Shown piece by piece: positions 41,904 to 50,188 of a stretch of DNA of 64,000 nucleotides (the stretch's first letter is position 1; each line of letters starts with the position of its first letter). The notes under the pieces are model-generated. The model made no database searches. It was given only the letters and a program-made list of their open reading frames with translations, and was not told where the DNA came from. Source of the DNA: Candidatus Micrarchaeia archaeon (lineage in GTDB: Archaea; Micrarchaeota; Micrarchaeia; CAILAH01); contig JAVZCB010000005.1 in NCBI GenBank assembly GCA_038874595.1, positions 33,005 through 97,004 of the forward strand. Direction: 5' to 3'. The position numbers and the translations under genes were made by a program.

Positions 41904-43366
41904 ATAAAAATAAGCGCGCACCGGCAGATAAGGAAAACAGTATGGTGCGGGATAACCAAAACCTGAACATGCGTGCAGTAATTGAGCCGAGCAGTATTGT
42001 AGTTATTGGTGCATCAAGAAACCCATCAAAGGTTGGGTATGCCGTGCTCAAGAACCTTATCACGAGTGGGTTTAATGGCTGGCTTTATGCCGTAAATCCG
42101 AACGCTGATAACATACTTGGTGTGAGATGTTACAAGAGCATCAAGGAACTCCCTCAGAAAGTTGACTGTGCAATAATAGCTGTGCCTGCAGAAAACGTAA
42201 ATGAGATAATCGAGGAATGCGGCAGAAAGGGGGTTCGTGGAGCAATTGTGATTTCCGGCGGGTTCAAGGAAGTTGGGGAAGTGAAGCGTGAGTTGGAGCT
42301 CACAAAAATATGCAGAAAATATGGCATTGCAATGATAGGGCCGAACTGTCTCGGGATAGTAAATAGGAAAAAGCACGTTGACAGCATATTCCTCCCAACA
42401 TATAAGATGAAGAGGCCGCAGCTCGGGAAGATTAGTTTCGTGACACAGAGCGGTGCCGTCGGCTCAACAATACTCGACCTTATAGGGGAGTCAAACATAG
42501 GTGTCTCAAAATTCATATCGTACGGTAATGCTGCTGTCATTGATGAGAGTGATTTGCTGCGCTATCTGCGTGAGGATGCTGACACATCGGTTGTGGTTAT
42601 GTATATCGAAGGTGTAAAGGACGGCAGGAAGTTTTATAGGGAGCTTAAGGAAACATGCGCAGTCAAGCCGGTTGTTGTCTTAAAGGCAGGAAAAGGTGCG
42701 TTGGCTGCAGGTGCGGCAAAATCACATACTGGTGCGCTTGCAGGTGATTACAAGATTTTCCAGGCAATGCTGAAACAAGCGGGTGCGGTTGAGGCGACAA
42801 ACCTGCCGGAGTTATTCAACTTATCAAAGATATTCCTACAGCCATTGCCCAAAGGGGATAGGATGTTCGTGCTCACGAACGGTGGTGGCGATGGTGTGCT
42901 CGCAGTGGATGCAATCGAAAGGAACGGGTTGAAACTGGCACAACTGAGCGGGAAAATGCGTGCAAAACTGCGGAGGATTCTGCCAAAGCATGTTGTTGTT
43001 GGCAACCCGTTTGACCTAACAGGCGATGCGGACAGCACGAGGTACAGGACCGTGCTTGAAGAGGCAGTAAAAGAGGAGGGCATCGATGCAATCATTGCAA
43101 TAACACTGTTTCAAACGGCCGGCCTTGGCTCTGAGGTCGTCAATGAGATTATAAGCGCCGATATCAAAACGGATAAAACGATTGTATCTGTTGCAACTGG
43201 TGGTGAGTATACGCGCCTCCTCCTCAGCATAATAGAATCTTCCGGAATACCTGCGTATGGGTCGCCAAGCGAAGCTGTTGATTCAATCGCAAAGGCGTTA
43301 TGGTATTATAAGAAGAGGGGTGTGGGCCGCGGGACAGTACAAAGCGCTGGAGACGGCAGCGTGTGA
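41900..43366 (+). CDS. acdA: Acetate-CoA ligase (ADP-forming), alpha subunit
   Basis: VIGASRNPSKVG, GPNCLG, QSGA, SHTGALAG (phospho-His), TNGGG and NPFDLTGDA motifs. Confidence 0.95.
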   Translation: MNKNKRAPADKENSMVRDNQNLNMRAVIEPSSIVVIGASRNPSKVGYAVLKNLITSGFNGWLYAVNPNADNILGVRCYKSIKELPQKVDCAIIAVPAENVNEIIEECGRKGVRGAIVISGGFKEVGEVKRELELTKICRKYGIAMIGPNCLGIVNRKKHVDSIFLPTYKMKRPQLGKISFVTQSGAVGSTILDLIGESNIGVSKFISYGNAAVIDESDLLRYLREDADTSVVVMYIEGVKDGRKFYRELKETCAVKPVVVLKAGKGALAAGAAKSHTGALAGDYKIFQAMLKQAGAVEATNLPELFNLSKIFLQPLPKGDRMFVLTNGGGDGVLAVDAIERNGLKLAQLSGKMRAKLRRILPKHVVVGNPFDLTGDADSTRYRTVLEEAVKEEGIDAIIAITLFQTAGLGSEVVNEIISADIKTDKTIVSVATGGEYTRLLLSIIESSGIPAYGSPSEAVDSIAKALWYYKKRGVGRGTVQSAGDGSV

Positions 43367-44289
43367 GCAGTATGATAGCCCAGCTAAACAGTATTGTCCT
43401 GCTTTTTCTCCTTTATTTAAACATCAAGCTCATACGGAAATATATTGATACCGATGATGCAAATTATGTCATTGCATTCGCTGTACTTCTCTTCTTGTTC
43501 TTCAACCTATGGTTGGGAGCGTATGCGGAAATACTCGGCAGGTTCCAGCAGCAGTTCACAATTGCTATGAACGCGTTGCCAATGATAATTGTAATTGTGC
43601 TTGTGTGGCTTGAAGGAAAAAGGAAAAAGGAAGAGCGGGAAAGAAGGAAAACGCGCGAGTTCTTCTCAAAGTATGTTTCAGAGAAGATTGTAGACACTCT
43701 CCTCAAGGAAAAACAACTTGAGCTTGGCGGTGAGAAGCATCAAGTAACTGTTCTTTTCACGGATGTGCGCGGGTTTACTGCAATGTCTGAGAGGCTTGAC
43801 CCGAAGCAGGTCGTTGAAGTGCTTAACGGGCACTTTGATATAATCAATGAGGAAATATTCAGAGAAAATGGTACCGTGCTCAAGTATATCGGAGACTCTG
43901 CAATGGCTGTGTTTAATGCCCCTATCTTGCAGAAAGACCATGCTGAAAAGGCTGTGCGGGCGTGCATAGCCGTGCAAAAAAGGATGAAAGAATACTCATC
44001 TACAGTTAAAGGTAAAATGAATATTGATTTTGCAATTGGTATAGGGATAAATAGCGGTGAAGCGGTTGTCGGCAATATCGGCTCACACAAGTATATGGAT
44101 TATACGGTCATAGGAGATGCCGTGAACACGGCGTCGCGGTTAAATGGCATTGCAAAAGCTGGTGAGATAGTCGTGAGTGAGAGCACATACGAGCTCATTA
44201 AAGACAAGTTCAGGTTTAGCAAACCAGAGGAGGTTCCAGTTAAAGGGAAGGTGCTTCCAGTCAAGGTTTATAGGGTGCTTTATGAATAG
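43363..44289 (+). CDS. Membrane-bound class III adenylate cyclase
   Basis: Three N-terminal transmembrane helices; LFTDVRGFT, LKYIGDS, GIGINSG, DYTVIGDAVNTASRL and VKGK motifs. Confidence 0.93.
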   Translation: MSSMIAQLNSIVLLFLLYLNIKLIRKYIDTDDANYVIAFAVLLFLFFNLWLGAYAEILGRFQQQFTIAMNALPMIIVIVLVWLEGKRKKEERERRKTREFFSKYVSEKIVDTLLKEKQLELGGEKHQVTVLFTDVRGFTAMSERLDPKQVVEVLNGHFDIINEEIFRENGTVLKYIGDSAMAVFNAPILQKDHAEKAVRACIAVQKRMKEYSSTVKGKMNIDFAIGIGINSGEAVVGNIGSHKYMDYTVIGDAVNTASRLNGIAKAGEIVVSESTYELIKDKFRFSKPEEVPVKGKVLPVKVYRVLYE

Positions 44290-44298
44290 GGTGGATAT

Positions 44299-44877
44299 AT
44301 GAAGGGACAGGTTGAGTTTAAAGAAGAAAAAGTTAGCATTGCTGATTACGCATATGCGTATGTAATGTCCCAAAAAAGCATCCTGAAGATAATTAACGCA
44401 AAAGAGTGGAAAATATCTGTTGTACTGGCCGTGATTGCGCTTATTGTTGTGGCCTTACCTGCAAGGCAGCCGCTGTCGCTATTTGATTATGCCTACAATT
44501 TTGCACTTATAGGTGGTGGCCTGGTTATTATAAACGCTCTCGTTTCTGGAATTATATACGCACTCTTTAAGAGAAAGTTTGCACACTGCTTCTTCTCCAT
44601 GCTAAAGCTTGCCTCAACAACACTTATCATAAATGCTATTTTATTACTGCTACTTTACGTGGTTGGGCTGCCGTTCGGTGCGAGCCAGACACTGCTGGCT
44701 GCAGCCGCTACGCTAATTTCAACATATTATTTTGCAGTGTTGCTTGCGATCATCGCCGGGTATGCTACGGATGCATCTGATACGCTGGATGAAAAAATAA
44801 GAAAACATATTGTTGAGATAGCAACACTGTTGCTGTGGTATGCTTTCACATTCTACCTGCTGCCACTCACACTCTAA
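44299..44877 (+). CDS. Multi-pass membrane protein
   Basis: About 5 hydrophobic helices; same strand as the cyclase gene and 9 nt downstream of it. Confidence 0.75.
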   Translation: MKGQVEFKEEKVSIADYAYAYVMSQKSILKIINAKEWKISVVLAVIALIVVALPARQPLSLFDYAYNFALIGGGLVIINALVSGIIYALFKRKFAHCFFSMLKLASTTLIINAILLLLLYVVGLPFGASQTLLAAAATLISTYYFAVLLAIIAGYATDASDTLDEKIRKHIVEIATLLLWYAFTFYLLPLTL

Positions 44878-44916
44878 AAAAATAAAAAAAGATGTGCCTG
44901 CACTGGCGTTACCTTA

Positions 44917-45729
44917 TTAATCTGTGCTTGCAAGGAAGCTCCACCACGGCCTTTTCTCATTTATTATGGTGCCGTTGACCGCATCCACAGACATCTCAAC
45001 ATCCATATCTGCATCAAACAGCCAGAGCAGTTTTGCACGGCGCGTCGCATTTATTGCATATTGAGGTATACCATTGGCAACGCGAAGCTCTACTGATTTC
45101 ATCTCCCTTATGCGTGTTTTTTGGGAAATCTCTGATGGGAGCACGCGTATTGCAACGCTGGATGCGTGGAGCGTGCCGTTCTCTATGCGGAGGTTCTCGC
45201 GCGTGCGCACCCTTACTCCTGCATCATTTATTATTACACCGTCATCTTTTTCTGCGGCCTCTAACCACATATCGCGGTTGTTGGCACGGACCCTGACGCG
45301 TAAAGTTTCATTAATTGCGAGTGGGACATCCTCAAGGATTGCCGACCTGTTTGATGCTATTATGCGCACCAACATTCCCTGCGGCACATCAATCGTGCCG
45401 TTCTTGCGGGACTCTATTATGGCGTGCACCTGCTCGGATATGCCGCTCCTGTTGCGCTCCTGCTCCCTCGCCTGCACTGCTTCGGTTGGTGTGCCAGTCC
45501 CGTTCCCGTCCTTCTCCCTTGTTGCCTGCTGCTGCTCGGTGCGGACTCTCTCCTGCTCTTCGATACCGGTACCCTTGCCTGTGCTTGCCTCATTCTGTTC
45601 TCGGATTTCATTCTGAATTTCGTTTTGTGCATTGCTTTTTGCAGCGCCTGAACTTGATATTGCAAGCACTGGGTAAATTGTCAAAAGTGAAAAAATGCAG
45701 ATGGCCAACAAGTAATTTTTCAGGTTCAT
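44917..45729 (-). CDS. Secreted hypothetical protein with C-terminal RPWWSFL motif
   Basis: Signal peptide, Gln/Glu-rich linker, and ...AKLLWLFD...VDA.NG.II.EKRPWWSFLA. Confidence 0.75.
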   Translation of the reverse strand: MNLKNYLLAICIFSLLTIYPVLAISSSGAAKSNAQNEIQNEIREQNEASTGKGTGIEEQERVRTEQQQATREKDGNGTGTPTEAVQAREQERNRSGISEQVHAIIESRKNGTIDVPQGMLVRIIASNRSAILEDVPLAINETLRVRVRANNRDMWLEAAEKDDGVIINDAGVRVRTRENLRIENGTLHASSVAIRVLPSEISQKTRIREMKSVELRVANGIPQYAINATRRAKLLWLFDADMDVEMSVDAVNGTIINEKRPWWSFLASTD

Positions 45730-45823
45730 ATCATCACCACTTTGCTATGATTATCTAAATATACGCATATTCATATATATATGTGCAGCCGCACATTGCA
45801 TAAGCTAATTGCTTTTTGCCTGC

Positions 45824-46954
45824 TCAGATGTGGTTTTTGCTGCTTGTGCGTATGGCAACATAAAGGAGCATTACAAATGCAAGAACAACCGCTGCTGTGC
45901 CGCACCCTTGCGGCCTTGGCGCTATATCTGTTGATGTTGAGCTTGTTTGTGAGAGCGGCTCGGATATCTGGTTTATAGTTACCATAGCATACAAGCTGAG
46001 CCCGTCTGTGTGCACTTCATATATGTAATACCCGTCAATTTCTGAAACTGTTGGGGTTAGCACTTCAACCCTGCCGTCATCAGTATAGCGGAGTATTACC
46101 ACTTCACCGGAGACCTGCTCTTTTGGCACTTTAAACCTGAGCGTTGCCGATTTTATATTTACACCATCAAGAAGATTATGCATGTTTACCTCGATTGCAT
46201 CCAAAGCCGAATACCCCGCCGTATTATTATATCTGAGTTGTATCGCCTGCTTGAATTTCTCACGCACTTGGTCATTTAGCTCGGCTCTTTGCGCATTAAT
46301 TAATGAGTTCTCATTAACAGAATCTAAATCCGCTGCAATCTCAACACCGAGACCGCTATCAAGAGTGCCTGTAATTGAGAGTATGCCATCCTGCAAAGTA
46401 AGATGCCCATCCTCCTCATTCACAACTGTACCCCCAAGCGACACTGTTAAGCCTTTGGATGGGTGTTCTTCAAAAGCAATTTTAGGAATAGGGTCACAAA
46501 AACCAAAAGATTTTGATTTGTCCCCAAGCTTGAATGTACAGCCATCTTTATCACAGGTTGAATATATCTTTGCACCGCGTATGCTACAGGAGACTGTATG
46601 CTCATCGCTGTTGGCACATTTGCACTCTGCACCTGAAATGCTCTTGCACATAATCTGGACAAGAGTTGAGGATGGCTGAATTCTGCCTATATCTGTTTCC
46701 TCGCCTAATAGTTTTGCCTTACAGGAGTTACCGTCACAGGACACTATAAGGTCCTCTTTTAGGTCTATAACGCAAACCGCACCTCCTTGCGCTGGCCTGC
46801 ACGCACAGGATGCGTGGAGCCGTGACTCGCATACCTTTTCAAGCACAAGCGTATTGTTGGACGCTGATGCGGGTATGCATTCCACCTGCACGGCGTTAGC
46901 TAACGTTGCAAACATTACGAGTGCAACCAGAAAATATTGGATGTTTTGTTGCAT
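45824..46954 (-). CDS. Cys-rich surface protein with PGF-pre-PGF-like domain and C-terminal sorting signal
   Basis: Signal peptide; repeated Cys-rich modules; ATLRFKVPK...YEVHTDGLSLYA; Ser/Thr linker, GCG, transmembrane helix and basic tail. Confidence 0.72.
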   Translation of the reverse strand: MQQNIQYFLVALVMFATLANAVQVECIPASASNNTLVLEKVCESRLHASCACRPAQGGAVCVIDLKEDLIVSCDGNSCKAKLLGEETDIGRIQPSSTLVQIMCKSISGAECKCANSDEHTVSCSIRGAKIYSTCDKDGCTFKLGDKSKSFGFCDPIPKIAFEEHPSKGLTVSLGGTVVNEEDGHLTLQDGILSITGTLDSGLGVEIAADLDSVNENSLINAQRAELNDQVREKFKQAIQLRYNNTAGYSALDAIEVNMHNLLDGVNIKSATLRFKVPKEQVSGEVVILRYTDDGRVEVLTPTVSEIDGYYIYEVHTDGLSLYAMVTINQISEPLSQTSSTSTDIAPRPQGCGTAAVVLAFVMLLYVAIRTSSKNHI

Positions 46955-47010
46955 AGCCTTAAATAGAGAAGTTTTTATTAAAAAGTTGTCTATAAAATGA
47001 AGGGGGTACC

Positions 47011-47466
47011 ATGCAAAAATTCCATAAAAGAAACTGTGAAAGGAAAAAGAGCCGTTTACCTAATCTTGAGCCAAAGGTTGAGCAGGCGGTAGGAAATACT
47101 AGGCAAAAAGACCTAGATGCAATTCTCCTGAGAGCGGCTGCTGAAAATAATTATGAAAAAGTGGTCAAAGCTGTCCTGGCAGGAGCCAATATAAACGCAC
47201 AGGATGAAGACGGGAATACGCCGCTTATGCACGCCGCATCTAACTTGCGTGAAGATATAGCAAGGTTCCTTCTTGAAAATGGTGCGGATATCAACATCAA
47301 GAACAAATACAATAATACTGCCTTAAAGATTGCAAAAGGGTTCTGCAGCAGAAAGGTTATTGCGCTGATTAAAATGTATAAAAAAAGCGCCTCCAATAAA
47401 GCTGCTAATCTTAAGAAAAATGAGTGCAAAAACACAAAAACGGAGGGGTTTTTAGAACCAACCTAA
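47011..47466 (+). CDS. Ankyrin repeat protein
   Basis: GANINAQDEDGNTPLMHAA...LLENGADINIKNKYNNTAL. Confidence 0.92.
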   Translation: MQKFHKRNCERKKSRLPNLEPKVEQAVGNTRQKDLDAILLRAAAENNYEKVVKAVLAGANINAQDEDGNTPLMHAASNLREDIARFLLENGADINIKNKYNNTALKIAKGFCSRKVIALIKMYKKSASNKAANLKKNECKNTKTEGFLEPT

Positions 47467-47484
47467 CTTTGTGTACTCATAAAA

Positions 47485-47601
47485 TGGACTCGCGGGGATT
47501 TGAACCCCGAGCCTCCACCTTATCCTTCTGCTTTTTGGAAGAGAAAGGGGTCTCCCTGCCTCTCTTGCGAAGGTGGCGTCATGCCGTTAGACCACGAGCC
47601 C
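47485..47601 (-). tRNA. tRNA-Ala(CGC) with 45-nt intron (47521-47565)
   Basis: Acceptor GGGCTCG/CGAGTCC-A with the G3:U70 alanine determinant; anticodon arm CCACC-TT-CGC-A[intron]A-GGTGG; T-loop TTCAAAT. Confidence 0.92.
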
Positions 47602-47643
47602 AATCCAGATAAGGGTTTTAGGGCGTGTTAAATATAAATAGTT

Positions 47644-47750
47644 AGGCGCAGCAGGTTGCAGCGGGTTAAAAATCAGAACTTACAAGCCTTAAAACAGCGA
47701 ATGAGATGCCTGCCAGGCGCAGCGGGTTGCAGCGGGTTAAAAATCAGAAC
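47644..47750. repeat. Direct repeat pair, 36 nt, separated by 35 nt
   Basis: AGGCGCAGC(A/G)GGTTGCAGCGGGTTAAAAATCAGAAC at 47644 and 47715; the second copy overlaps the tfe stop codon. Confidence 0.92.
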
Positions 47751-48211
47751 GTAGAGGCGCGCGCACGCGCATCGCGCTCATTTGCCTCAATTGTTGAGCC
47801 GCACTTATAACACCTGAAGGAGCAATCAGTCGCGGTATCAAAGTCATACCCTTCCTTGCAGCCACTGCAATAAAATGCGGGGGTATGAGTCTCAACAACA
47901 TCCGCCTTAATTACGGTATCACAGTTGTAGTTATTGAGGAATTCTTTTAGCTTGGCCTCTTTAAGCGTCCAGATGTATGTATATTTGCCAGTATCATCGT
48001 CGAAGCTCCTCTTATACTCTATGAGATTGTGGTTAAACAGCTTGTTAAGTACTGCCCTTATCCTTGAAGGCTTGACCTTTATCTGCTTGGAGATGTATTC
48101 TGCAGAAACAGGCTTGTTCAAATATGGGAGTACAACTATGAATAGCTCTCCAAAATGAAGTATTGCCTTATTTTTTATATCAACGTTACGGGAGATATAT
48201 TTTGAAATCAT
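47744..48211 (-). CDS. tfe: Transcription factor E (TFIIE-alpha homolog)
   Basis: Winged helix IRAVLNKL...LIEYKR...YIW, then zinc ribbon FYCSGC...F..A....FRCYKCG. Confidence 0.88.
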   Translation of the reverse strand: MISKYISRNVDIKNKAILHFGELFIVVLPYLNKPVSAEYISKQIKVKPSRIRAVLNKLFNHNLIEYKRSFDDDTGKYTYIWTLKEAKLKEFLNNYNCDTVIKADVVETHTPAFYCSGCKEGYDFDTATDCSFRCYKCGSTIEANERDARARASTF

Positions 48212-48370
48212 ATTATCACGCTCAAGAGGGACTCAGCATAAATATTATATATTTTGTTATTTATATACATTTCTACTCCTCTACGAATGAAACCCTCCCG
48301 CAAATCAGAACGGGTACCAATAACATTTCACTAAAATAATATAAAATTATCTTAGATTTTACATCTATAT

Positions 48371-49105
48371 TTAAATCCTATCCAAATTTGCCGAACATAT
48401 GAAGGGCCTAAAATACCTATGTATATTCTGAACATCACGCTCGTGCCATCTCTCAAACAACGGGTGGCTCTTAACAACCCCCTGCGCAAGGTCTATTATC
48501 CAAAGCTCGCCATTCCGGGCGCACAGCACGTTGTATTCGCTTAAATCAGCGTGAGTAAAGCCGTTTTTGTACATTTTTTCCACCGCATTCAAAAGATATG
48601 CATAATCCTTCTCAGGGTCAAATGGGCCATGCTCTTTTAATGTTGGAGCTGGCACTCCATCATCACCTATGAAATCCATCACTAGTATATTATTCCTGAA
48701 CACGTGGGGGTGCGGCACTTTTATCCCAATCTCCTCACAAAGCAGGAGGTTTCGATATTCCTTTTTTACCCATTCGTGCACGAGCTTGCGCCTGTTTTTC
48801 TTCACCTGGAAACGCGGGTCGTTAGCAATATACTCTGTCATATGCTTAAAGTCGCTGTTCTCAACGTTGTATATTTTGACTGCAAGATGCTTGGTTGGAT
48901 ACCCTTCCGGTGGTGTCGCTCGAAACACTACTGATTCCTTTCCACGACGGATTGGAAAATCAAGGGACTGTATTATCCCCTGCGACATAAGGGCTGCAAG
49001 ATCCATAAAAGTAAACTTGTCAAAAACACCCGCCTCTATTTTTAGTTGCTCTTTCAGCACCTCAATCTCGCGCGGGGGGCGCTTCCGCTTTGACAATCGT
49101 GCCAT
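48371..49105 (-). CDS. rio1: RIO1-family Ser/Thr kinase
   Basis: GKESVVF, AVKIY, W..KEYRNL, HADLSEYNVL and IIDLAQGV motifs. Confidence 0.95.
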   Translation of the reverse strand: MARLSKRKRPPREIEVLKEQLKIEAGVFDKFTFMDLAALMSQGIIQSLDFPIRRGKESVVFRATPPEGYPTKHLAVKIYNVENSDFKHMTEYIANDPRFQVKKNRRKLVHEWVKKEYRNLLLCEEIGIKVPHPHVFRNNILVMDFIGDDGVPAPTLKEHGPFDPEKDYAYLLNAVEKMYKNGFTHADLSEYNVLCARNGELWIIDLAQGVVKSHPLFERWHERDVQNIHRYFRPFICSANLDRI

Positions 49106-49138
49106 CAGATAATTTAACAATAAGGAGCTTAAATAAGT

Positions 49139-49299
49139 TAAGACCTATCCAAAATTTTTCAGAACCTGCCCTGTTCTATAAATCTTCAACGTAAAGTAAA
49201 TGAGCTAATAAGACCTATCCAAAATTTTTCAGAACCTGCCCTGTTCTATAAATCTTCAACGTAAAGTAAATGAGCTAATAAGACCTATCCAAAATTTTT
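49139..49299. repeat. Tandem repeat, 70-nt unit, about 2.3 copies
   Basis: TAAGACCTATCCAAAATTTTT at 49139, 49209 and 49279. The two full units are identical; the third contains the aIF-1A stop codon. Confidence 0.95.
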
Positions 49300-49719
49300 G
49301 GGGAGATAGTTCCTGTTCTTAAGCCATTCTACCTGTATTTTGGTGTACCTCCAGGTAACGTCCCCCTTCAAAGGGTCAATCTCCCACGGCACAACAAGGA
49401 CAACATCGCCGCTCTTTATCCACGCTTCCCTTTTCAGCCTTCCTGGAATGCGGACAATCCTCTCCTTTCCATCTATGCAATTCACCCTGAGCCTGCTCCC
49501 TCCAAGCAATGCTGTCACAACACCAAAAATCTCGTTTGGTTGCGGTTTCCTCACACGCATCTGCTCCTCGGGTACAGGTGCTGCTGATTTATGATGGTGG
49601 GGGCTGCGATAACCGCCTGCACCACCTTTTCCACCCGTGTGGGCACCTCCCTGGCGGTGACCGTGCCCGCCTGCTGGCGATGCCTCAAAGCTGGCTATAT
49701 CTTTGTAATTGTTATCCAT
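49285..49719 (-). CDS. eif1a: Translation initiation factor aIF-1A
   Basis: GVVTALLGGSRLRVNCIDGKERIVRIPGRL...WI..GDVVLV.PW...WRY; adjacent to rio1. Confidence 0.95.
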   Translation of the reverse strand: MDNNYKDIASFEASPAGGHGHRQGGAHTGGKGGAGGYRSPHHHKSAAPVPEEQMRVRKPQPNEIFGVVTALLGGSRLRVNCIDGKERIVRIPGRLKREAWIKSGDVVLVVPWEIDPLKGDVTWRYTKIQVEWLKNRNYLPKNFG

Positions 49720-49720
49720 C

Positions 49721-50131
49721 TTATAACCTCACTGGCGCACGTGCGCCACACGCTTCACAGATTAGCACTTTTGTATTCCTGTCAACTGAATCGATGTGTG
49801 TGTCATACCTGTTGCACACCTTGCACCTGACAAACTTGTTCACAAAATCCTGTATTTTAGATACCAGAAGCCTGCTGTCCACCTTGCCGTTAAAAATGAG
49901 CCGCTTGCCGTCTATGCTGCTTGGGACAGCAAGCTCCTTGGACAAGAACTTTGCAACCATTGCCGGTTCCCTTCGCATCACATCACACAAGTCACCGAAA
50001 TTGCGGATGAGCGTCTTGTTGCCCTGCTCAAGCACCTCTACATCAGGCAACTCAAAACGCTCCCCGGTGCCTTCGCGTTTTGGAATATTTTTATACACTT
50101 TCTCCAAAAGAGTATCGTAATCATCTTTCAT
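49721..50131 (-). CDS. eif2b: Translation initiation factor aIF-2 beta
   Basis: YDTLL..., RFELP, KTLIRNF and C..C...DT...CEACGA motifs. Confidence 0.96.
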   Translation of the reverse strand: MKDDYDTLLEKVYKNIPKREGTGERFELPDVEVLEQGNKTLIRNFGDLCDVMRREPAMVAKFLSKELAVPSSIDGKRLIFNGKVDSRLLVSKIQDFVNKFVRCKVCNRYDTHIDSVDRNTKVLICEACGARAPVRL

Positions 50132-50188
50132 GTGCTTTTAATTGAAAGACCAAGATATAAAAAGATGTAGGGCTCACGAGGGGAGATA

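Noticed and set aside
44917-47601. Genomic island integrated at tRNA-Ala
   Set aside because: Accessory-looking genes flank the tRNA 3' end, but I found no integrase and no duplicated tRNA 3' end.
48377-49155. CCTATCCAAA direct repeats flanking rio1, as a sign of mobility
   Set aside because: Only about 10 nt match, and rio1 next to aIF-1A is the conserved archaeal arrangement.
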